This document shows positions 35,727 through 42,048 of a stretch of 42,048 nucleotides of DNA, one piece after another. The notes under the pieces are model-generated. The model made no database searches. It saw nothing but the letters and a program-made list of their open reading frames with translations, and had not been told where the DNA came from. The position numbers and the translations under genes are program-made. Each line of letters opens with the position of its first letter. The first letter of the stretch is position 1. Origin of the DNA: a virus (Duplodnaviria; Caudoviricetes); the IMG/VR virus record IMGVR_UViG_3300038314_000845, positions 1 through 42,048 of that record. One strand, given 5' to 3'.

Positions 35727-36006
35727 TAAATTCACACCAAAGCGCATTGCAGAGTTAAAGGCAGCAAAAAGCCTGACACCTGCTCATATTCAAATGAGCA
35801 AGCCAGAGTACATCGAGTGGCTGATTGACGTAGCACCGGATTATATTAACGACATAGCCGAGGAGCTATCAGAATGCGGCTACGCTCAAATAATCATTGC
35901 AGCGCAACTTGAAGCATTCATCGACGCAATCGACAGAAGTGAGCCAGTGCATTACTCAGAAATGATTGCGGCGCATCGTATTTTATGGGAAAAGTTTGGA
36001 GGTTAA
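35713..36006 (+). CDS. Hypothetical protein
   Basis: SD GGAGG, overlaps upstream gene. Confidence 0.7.
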   Translation: MSMTDKFTPKRIAELKAAKSLTPAHIQMSKPEYIEWLIDVAPDYINDIAEELSECGYAQIIIAAQLEAFIDAIDRSEPVHYSEMIAAHRILWEKFGG

Positions 36007-36129
36007 TATGAAAGACTACGCACCACAAAACGAATTGAAGCGCCCAGCTAAGAAACACGGCTGGGTATGGATTGGCGTTTGGTTCGCCGTGAGTTTAATG
36101 TTCTGGTACACGCTGGCGGGGGCTTTGGT

Positions 36130-36366
36130 ATGAGTACACCAAAAGTCACCATGAACACTTTTACGGTCATCGTTAAACTTGCCTCGCTCGGTGAAACCTT
36201 TTACCGCAAGCAAGCCGCAAAACTCGGAGCAGACGCTTACATGATGAACCGACTGGCGCGGAATGATTTTATCGAAAAGGCGGAAGGCATATGCCAGTGG
36301 CGTATTACTGATACGGCTTACCGCCACATGACGAACATGCAGAAACTTTTGGAGCAAGTACAATGA
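36130..36366 (+). CDS. Hypothetical protein, possible winged helix
   Basis: LARNDFIEK....WRITD pattern; start uncertain. Confidence 0.5.
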   Translation: MSTPKVTMNTFTVIVKLASLGETFYRKQAAKLGADAYMMNRLARNDFIEKAEGICQWRITDTAYRHMTNMQKLLEQVQ

Positions 36367-36539
36367 CAGCACACAGCGAAGGTTACGGAGCAGGTTACAA
36401 CTCTAGCTATACAGTAGGAAACAAAACTTCAGGCGGCAATCCTTACGCAGAAGGAACGCCAGAGCATGAATAATGGCAAAAAGACTTTAGAGAAGGCGAG
36501 CTGGATGGCTCACACGACAAGATGGAGAGGTTTGTATGA
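36363..36539 (+). pseudogene. Small Rmf-like gene with in-frame TAA at 36471
   Basis: GY.AG...NPYAEGTPEHE*WQKDFREG; coupled ATGA overlaps at both ends. Confidence 0.5.
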
Positions 36540-36634
36540 ACAAGAAACAGAAAGCGCTCATCGTATTCACAGCGCTACTTATCGTAAACGCAATAGTAAT
36601 GACAGGAGCATCGTTATGGCTTCACTTCAAATAG
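36536..36634 (+). CDS. 32-aa single-TM micropeptide
   Basis: MNKKQKALIVFTALLIVNAIVMTGASLWLHFK; SD GGAGAGG. Confidence 0.6.
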   Translation: MNKKQKALIVFTALLIVNAIVMTGASLWLHFK

Positions 36635-36825
36635 CAATAGACGAACTAAGCAAGCGCCCACAGACGAACAAAGGCGTATTGTGGCACCTGATGGAGCATA
36701 AGCACGACTTAGAGCGTCTTATGGCGCAAATTGAAGTAGTGCTTGAGCAACACAGGAAAGGAGCTGTTCATCCTGTTTATTTCATGGACTTGGAGGACAT
36801 ATGGCTGGCATTGAAACGGTTTTAA
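36616..36825 (+). CDS. Hypothetical protein
   Basis: SD AGGAG before MASLQ. Confidence 0.6.
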   Translation: MASLQIAIDELSKRPQTNKGVLWHLMEHKHDLERLMAQIEVVLEQHRKGAVHPVYFMDLEDIWLALKRF

Positions 36826-36893
36826 GCATCGTTGGGCTTGTGTTTTTAATTGTCGTCATCGGGGCGGCACTATTGGACAGGAGAAGAAAATGA
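36801..36893 (+). CDS. 30-aa single-TM micropeptide
   Basis: MAGIETVLSIVGLVFLIVVIGAALLDRRRK; SD GGAGG. Confidence 0.6.
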   Translation: MAGIETVLSIVGLVFLIVVIGAALLDRRRK

Positions 36894-37054
36894 ATGTACA
36901 GCAAGAAACGGCTCGCATTATGGATACGCTGGCACGCATCGACAAGGAGTTAAAAGCGGAAGAAAAAGCCAAGCGCAAGGAGATTGCAAGGCGCAGACAG
37001 CAAGCGGAGTATAACCGCGATATTGATAAGCGAATGAAGGAGTTTGAGTTATGA
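36890..37054 (+). CDS. 54-aa charged helical protein
   Basis: SD AGGAG, ATGA overlaps. Confidence 0.65.
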   Translation: MNVQQETARIMDTLARIDKELKAEEKAKRKEIARRRQQAEYNRDIDKRMKEFEL

Positions 37055-37245
37055 AACCACTAACCGCACAATTCATCGATGCAAAGGGGAACTACTGGCG
37101 CATCTGTAAAACTACGCGCCACTATGAGAAATGCGTTGACGGAGTTTGGGTACAAGATGATTCAGCCGATGAGCTTTACCCATTGGACGAAGCAGCGCCG
37201 AACGGATACAGTCACAGCGAAAAGGCAGAATATCGTGCTGTATGA
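37051..37245 (+). CDS. Hypothetical protein
   Basis: SD AAGGAG. Confidence 0.65.
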   Translation: MKPLTAQFIDAKGNYWRICKTTRHYEKCVDGVWVQDDSADELYPLDEAAPNGYSHSEKAEYRAV

Positions 37246-37337
37246 TTTTGTCGCTTGGAGTATGGGCGCTCTCACTGTTTATCTGTTGGTGATTGCGCTT
37301 GTTCAGGCTTGGAAACGGGATGGGGAAGATGAGCAAT

Positions 37338-37366
37338 AAAAAAGAAGCCCACCGAAGTGGGCTTAA
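37338..37366. terminator. Bidirectional terminator between early arm and lysis genes
   Basis: AAAAAGAAGCCCAC-cgaa-GTGGGCTT. Confidence 0.75.
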
Positions 37367-37411
37367 TGCCATTGGAACAAAGGAGAGAAAAACCAACGGC
37401 TGTCTGGGAGA

Positions 37412-37600
37412 TTATTTACACAGTTTGTCGTATTGCGCGTTGTGTGTCAACTCTTGTTTCACTTCTTCGTCCGTCATAGCGTCAACGGTCTGACCGCTAA
37501 ACTCATGCGGCTCGGCAATCAAGCAGTATTCACTTGTGCTTGCGCAACCGCTCACGACGCTCGTCAGGGCTAAGACGGCTAATATCATGCTCAACTTCAT
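37412..37600 (-). CDS. Outer-membrane spanin (Rz1-like lipoprotein)
   Basis: Lipobox VSGC after signal; overlaps i-spanin in another frame. Confidence 0.75.
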   Translation of the reverse strand: MKLSMILAVLALTSVVSGCASTSEYCLIAEPHEFSGQTVDAMTDEEVKQELTHNAQYDKLCK

Positions 37601-37748
37601 TGGCTTCTTGCACTCGGTTAAGTGTTTCGGCTTTCTGCTTTAGCTCTTGCGACTTCTTACCTGCACGACGGCTTGAGAATATAAGCCAGCAAACAAGCAC
37701 AATTCCAGCTAAAACGTAAAAGCCGATTGCTTTAATCTTTGCTAACAC
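37530..37748 (-). CDS. Inner-membrane spanin (Rz-like)
   Basis: N-terminal TM then charged helix; follows holin. Confidence 0.7.
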   Translation of the reverse strand: MLAKIKAIGFYVLAGIVLVCWLIFSSRRAGKKSQELKQKAETLNRVQEANEVEHDISRLSPDERRERLRKHK

Positions 37749-37944
37749 GCTTGGACGCCTTAACTCGACCATAGATAGCCACTAATGAGCCCACAGCTCC
37801 ACCAATGATAGACAGTGAATCAATCAGTAACGACTGGTCATCGCCAGTTATCGAGTAGCCAAACGCACCTAACAGGACAGCGAGTAATGCAACAATACCA
37901 CCCCACACTGATTTGCTTTGATACCATTTTTTTGAGTCTTTCAT
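37732..37944 (-). CDS. Holin-like two-TM protein
   Basis: KKWYQSKSVWGG...AIYGRVKA; between endolysin and spanins. Confidence 0.7.
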   Translation of the reverse strand: MKDSKKWYQSKSVWGGIVALLAVLLGAFGYSITGDDQSLLIDSLSIIGGAVGSLVAIYGRVKASKRVSKD

Positions 37945-37945
37945 A

Positions 37946-38329
37946 TCAATAACTCCATATAACGGGATTCGGAAAACTCTTGTCAACCCCCAAATGAATA
38001 AACCGCTTTGAATAATCGCCACGCTGCTTAACGCCAATGCGCGTAAAGCCATGCTTCATAGCGAGCTTGATTAAATTATAGGCGTTTTCACCTGAAACAG
38101 CAACGTCGCACGCATTACCATAAGTATGCTCACCTCTTTTCGGCTTGTCACGCTCGATGGAGTGGTCAGGGCTGCGATACCCTGACGTTATAACCATAGG
38201 CTTGCCATACTCACTACGAAGCGCATAAAGCCGATTCATAAAATCAAGCGTCATTTCGTTTTCGCCAGTTTCCTGACAATCGAACTCATGCTTGTAAAAT
38301 AGCGGCTCGTAATCAGTCCAGTTTATCAT
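37946..38329 (-). CDS. Endolysin, peptidase M15 family
   Basis: ITSGYRS...EHTYGNACD...RIGV...FIHLG. Confidence 0.9.
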   Translation of the reverse strand: MINWTDYEPLFYKHEFDCQETGENEMTLDFMNRLYALRSEYGKPMVITSGYRSPDHSIERDKPKRGEHTYGNACDVAVSGENAYNLIKLAMKHGFTRIGVKQRGDYSKRFIHLGVDKSFPNPVIWSY

Positions 38330-38465
38330 TTTTCGCCTCACGCTGCTGCTGTTGACTCACCTGCAGCCCAATCGCCTGCAACGTGCTTGCCACGGTCTTA
38401 TACGGGCGCTTTGACAGCTCGTTGATGATAAGTTGGATTTGCTGTTCGGTTAGGTCGAGTTTCAT
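38313..38465 (-). CDS. 50-aa protein after tail fibre (possible fibre chaperone)
   Basis: MKLDLTEQQIQLIINELSKRPYKTV...; ATGA coupling. Confidence 0.65.
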   Translation of the reverse strand: MKLDLTEQQIQLIINELSKRPYKTVASTLQAIGLQVSQQQQREAKNDKLD

Positions 38466-39946
38466 TGTGGTTGCTCCGTTGATTTGTCTGATTGTTCGTT
38501 ATCTTCTTCAACTGGTTTCGGCTCAGTCAACAGCCAGTTCGCTACGTTCGGGTCACTACGCTCAGCCATAACAAGTACATGGTATCTACCGGCTTGGTTA
38601 GCTGTTAGAGTAAGCACTCCATCAGTTACTTCACCATAAGCCTGTCCAAAGTGCTTACACGGAGAGCAAAACACTGTACAGGTATTGCCATTCAACCCAT
38701 GAAACCAATCAGGCATTGCGTGAGTTGCTTCAAGTGTTGCGTCAACGTCAATCTCAAGTATGTATTGAGTACGTGGCTTGTCTGACTCAATAGCACTGTG
38801 ATACAGGTATTCATCAGGGTTTGCAGGATTATCAATTCGGAAGTTTTTAGAGCCAGTGACGTTGAGACTGTCAGCAGTTACTTTGTTATTAACAACTAAC
38901 CCCTCAGATGCATTGCCCCTCATAAGCAAGTCACCAGACTCACTGCCGTTATGTAATCTTACTTCGAACTGGGGGGTTCCGGAGGCTTGATACCTGTGTG
39001 CTGCTATTGTAACACCGTAGTTGTCAAGTGGACTTGTAGGAAGCCCCACTGCAAACCTTCCTGAGTTCTCCACCGCGGAAGTTAAAGAGCCCCTAATGGC
39101 AGAGTTTATAAAACTAGCGCCGTTTGTCATTCCTCTAGAAAGAATCTGTTGATACCCTGTCCAAGTATTAGTTTGACCTAATCTAGCTGGGTCTGGTAAG
39201 TTGTAGTCGTGCCACACGTCACGCCAATCAGCAGTGTTCTGCGTTGTTTGATTAACATCAGAGTGACGGAATAGTAACTTTTCATTGTTTCGGGGGATAT
39301 GAATTTGAGCTGATAACCTTTGTTCTGTCCCTTGTTGTGTTTTTTGGGAGAATGTAAAACCCCCTATGTTCGGAACAGGTAAGTTTTGAGTGCCATCTCC
39401 GTAATAGCCGAAGCTAGTTCTTTCGGGGGAATTAATATCAGGGTAGGCTTGGCTGCCTCCTAAACCGAAAGCTCCAACTTCCATTACATCCCCGCCACCA
39501 GTACCGACATCCCTAGAATAAGCAGTCCCCGTCTGCCCCAACGCCACCGCATCATCAGCATCAACCGCATTGGCTGTTTTGACTGCGCCACGTGAGTCGC
39601 GCTTAACAAAACTATCAGCAACAGGTGAAACGCTGACACTATTCTTGAACGTATCAAGCTCAAGTGTCGCCGTTTTTAGCGCATCAGCCAGCGACCGTAT
39701 ACCTTCTGCCGTCATTGTCGCGTAAAAGTTGTAAGTGCCTGTTGCGTGAGGCCATGCTTCTGCGAGCGAAAAGCTATTGCCGCTTGTTGCCTTATCTGCT
39801 TCAACAATATCAAGCACAGGGTCTGATTCAACTTTAACCTGTGTGCCTTTGTCGAAGAATGCAAGCGTACCACTTGATAATGATACGTTGGTAACGGACT
39901 TTGAGCCGTTTGTGAATGTTGCTGTGCCTGTTGGGAATATGGTCAT
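38462..39946 (-). CDS. Tail fibre / receptor-binding protein
   Basis: TGTATFTNGSKSVT anchor, DVGT...VMEVGAFGLG repeat, C-terminal GSKNFRIDNP...LYHSAIES chaperone-like domain. Confidence 0.85.
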   Translation of the reverse strand: MTIFPTGTATFTNGSKSVTNVSLSSGTLAFFDKGTQVKVESDPVLDIVEADKATSGNSFSLAEAWPHATGTYNFYATMTAEGIRSLADALKTATLELDTFKNSVSVSPVADSFVKRDSRGAVKTANAVDADDAVALGQTGTAYSRDVGTGGGDVMEVGAFGLGGSQAYPDINSPERTSFGYYGDGTQNLPVPNIGGFTFSQKTQQGTEQRLSAQIHIPRNNEKLLFRHSDVNQTTQNTADWRDVWHDYNLPDPARLGQTNTWTGYQQILSRGMTNGASFINSAIRGSLTSAVENSGRFAVGLPTSPLDNYGVTIAAHRYQASGTPQFEVRLHNGSESGDLLMRGNASEGLVVNNKVTADSLNVTGSKNFRIDNPANPDEYLYHSAIESDKPRTQYILEIDVDATLEATHAMPDWFHGLNGNTCTVFCSPCKHFGQAYGEVTDGVLTLTANQAGRYHVLVMAERSDPNVANWLLTEPKPVEEDNEQSDKSTEQPQ

Positions 39947-39961
39947 GTTATGCCTCTTGGG

Positions 39962-42048
39962 TTAAAAGTTTAAATCTCTAATCTCTAGTGTTCTTAGGAC
40001 GCAGTTTTGGGCGCTCATAACTGGGGATGTTGGCTGTGAATAAGTTATCGGTAAACTCAGTGAAAATTCAACTGCGTATGTCTTGTCGCTATAATAGCTC
40101 AAACTGGTATTATCAGAAACAGCAGAAAAAGAAACAGGTTGTCTTGTGCTTGCTGAAATAACGTTCGGTAAATTACCATAAATGTCAACTGGCAACTGTT
40201 GGGTAAATATAGTTGTTCCACCCTCTTTTATACGAACCGTTAACGTGCCCTCTCGGCCATCCACGCTTTGTACATTTGGAATACTCCCAATAGAGAAGAT
40301 ACCAGCAAAAAAGTCAGTATCGCACTCACCTTTGACAGTTTTATGAGCGACACTGTACGTTTGGTCTGTACTAAAAGCCCCTCGTGTTGACTTGCGATAA
40401 GTTGTGCTTGAGAAAGTGCCGTCTGACGCTATCCAGAACTCACCATTTTGCTTGGATTGGTTAGCAACACCTATTGTATTGTTTCCGAACCATAGCATTA
40501 AGTCGTTAGCTGGGTCTATACGTACGCGGTTGCCGCCACGGATTACCTCAACGACACCGTTGAAGCTACCACCAGCGGCATCTAAGCTCCCCCCAAACGT
40601 ACCACTATTCGCCACCATATTACCGTTATTATCAACAGCAAACGTGCCATTGCCGATATTTATAGAGCCGCCAGTTATGTTCGATGCGCTTATTGTTGCC
40701 GATGTAACTGTACCAGTAAAACTACCGGCTTGAGCCACAATCTCGCCATCAAACACATACCGACCTTCCGTATTATCGAAATAAATCATCGGCTGACTAT
40801 TACCGTCTAAGAATACAACAGTATCAGATTGAAACTCTATTTGCCGATTCGTTCCGTCATCGTTGACGATAATGCCAGTAACACGATTGTTCACGTCTGT
40901 CCCGAAGAACGCTCGTGCACCTAAGCCGCCCTCACTCTGGTATGCCTGTAATCGAGCAAGAGCCGCCGCCTCACCTGACTCGCCTGTTACGCCGCTGTAA
41001 ATGTCGGTAATGGTTGAGGCGTTGTCATTAGCATCTATTTGCGCCCGTTGTGCGATAGTGTTTGTTGCGCTTAATCCTGTACTAGCGTCATATACATCAT
41101 TTTCTATTGCAGTAATAGACGTAGCATTACCGTCCGCCGTAGTCTGCGCTGTCTGCACGAACTGATACAGAGCAGAAGTATTGTTAACAGGGTCGTTGAC
41201 TTGACCCTGCAATCCACTTATGGCAGTGGCGTTATCACTAGAATCTATCTCGACTTGGTCAACTCTGCTGATGATTGATGTTAAATCGGACTCTAAATCA
41301 TTGACCTCTAGTTGCAATCCACTTATGGCAGTGGCGTTTCCAGAAATATCAACTTCGACCTCATCTATGCGAGTGTTTATAGCATTATTGGTGTATTGTA
41401 TTTCTACTTCAATCTGTTCGAACTGCTGAATACGCTGCTCTTTCTCGGTGTTGACATCTTCGCGACGCTCAAATATCTCTGTAACGTCTTGACCAACTTC
41501 GCTCAACAAATTCTGAACGGTATTCTTCCAGTCACTTGACGGGTCGAACGTGCTGAATTCCGTTTCTAGGTTATCCAGTTCGTCACGTATCGTGTCAAGG
41601 TACGGGTCAATCTGCTCGCCCGTATTGGTCGTCGTAGCACTCGCACTAGTCCAACCACTGACGCCATACGCATTCACAGACCGCGCATAAACAGTATAAA
41701 GCGTATCGGGTAGCAGCCCTGTAAACGTGAATGTGGAAGCCCTGCCACGACTCGAAGGCGTATAACCAGTGCCGTCACCCGCCACAATATCAAACTCGAA
41801 TACAGTACCAAGCCCGATGCCCGCCAATTGTGGCGCAACCTCAAGCTCCCAATCGCGGGGCGTTACTGAAAGCGACGTTGGTGCAACTGGGGCGGCTAGG
41901 GTGAAGGCTAGTGCTGAAGCCCCTGAGCGTGCCCCCACAGTGCTAACAGCGTAAACCTCCGCGGTATAATCGCCAGCATCAAGAAGCGGAACATCCCAAG
42001 CGTTTCCCAGAACATCAACATCAAAGACCGTTCCGCTTGCGCCGATTA
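39962..42048 (-). CDS. Tail tip / central fibre protein, C-terminal part (FN3, coiled coil, DUF1983-like)
   Basis: Frame open to window end; FN3 motif FTGLLPDTLYTVYARSVNAYG, long coiled coil, VTGII...IEFQSD. Confidence 0.85.
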   Translation of the reverse strand, partial: IGASGTVFDVDVLGNAWDVPLLDAGDYTAEVYAVSTVGARSGASALAFTLAAPVAPTSLSVTPRDWELEVAPQLAGIGLGTVFEFDIVAGDGTGYTPSSRGRASTFTFTGLLPDTLYTVYARSVNAYGVSGWTSASATTTNTGEQIDPYLDTIRDELDNLETEFSTFDPSSDWKNTVQNLLSEVGQDVTEIFERREDVNTEKEQRIQQFEQIEVEIQYTNNAINTRIDEVEVDISGNATAISGLQLEVNDLESDLTSIISRVDQVEIDSSDNATAISGLQGQVNDPVNNTSALYQFVQTAQTTADGNATSITAIENDVYDASTGLSATNTIAQRAQIDANDNASTITDIYSGVTGESGEAAALARLQAYQSEGGLGARAFFGTDVNNRVTGIIVNDDGTNRQIEFQSDTVVFLDGNSQPMIYFDNTEGRYVFDGEIVAQAGSFTGTVTSATISASNITGGSINIGNGTFAVDNNGNMVANSGTFGGSLDAAGGSFNGVVEVIRGGNRVRIDPANDLMLWFGNNTIGVANQSKQNGEFWIASDGTFSSTTYRKSTRGAFSTDQTYSVAHKTVKGECDTDFFAGIFSIGSIPNVQSVDGREGTLTVRIKEGGTTIFTQQLPVDIYGNLPNVISASTRQPVSFSAVSDNTSLSYYSDKTYAVEFSLSLPITYSQPTSPVMSAQNCVLRTLEIRDLNF

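Noticed and set aside
36471-36473. Genome-wide stop-codon reassignment
   Set aside because: TAA, TAG and TGA all terminate well-supported genes; this is an isolated interruption
38462-42048. Diversity-generating retroelement or invertible tail-fibre system
   Set aside because: No reverse transcriptase, invertase or template/variable repeat pair seen; the short internal repeats (ATAISGLQ) are coiled-coil protein repeats

Overview
Near-complete (about 42 kb) genome of a tailed dsDNA siphophage, probably of a Gammaproteobacterial host (inferred from sigma70 promoters, spanins and T1-like replication genes). It is opened inside the tail-tip gene: the N-terminus is at 1-710, the C-terminus at 39962-42048, and the middle is missing. 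The minus strand carries terminase, head, neck, tail, tail fibre and lysis genes. The plus strand (23.8-37.3 kb) carries replication, recombination, methyltransferase, nucleotide-metabolism and small early genes. No integrase was seen. Two non-coding systems stand out. (1) A 13-bp palindrome (CTGGTCnGACCAG) occurs in 12 copies, all at gene boundaries. It lies exactly 19 bp upstream of an extended -10 box at nine promoters and inside the -35/-10 spacer of six structural-region promoters, and several copies serve back-to-back promoters that drive accessory cassettes inserted antisense in the structural region. (2) A ~540-bp array (34905-35444) of different, mostly paired, operator-like palindromes includes an exact YefM-YoeB-type TGTACA-N6-TGTACA site, suggesting a decoy array for host toxin-antitoxin or other regulators. 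Also present: a -1 frameshifted tail chaperone, an iteron/IHF origin candidate, structured leaders and many unannotated micro-ORFs. All product calls come from motif recognition and synteny; no database searches were run.
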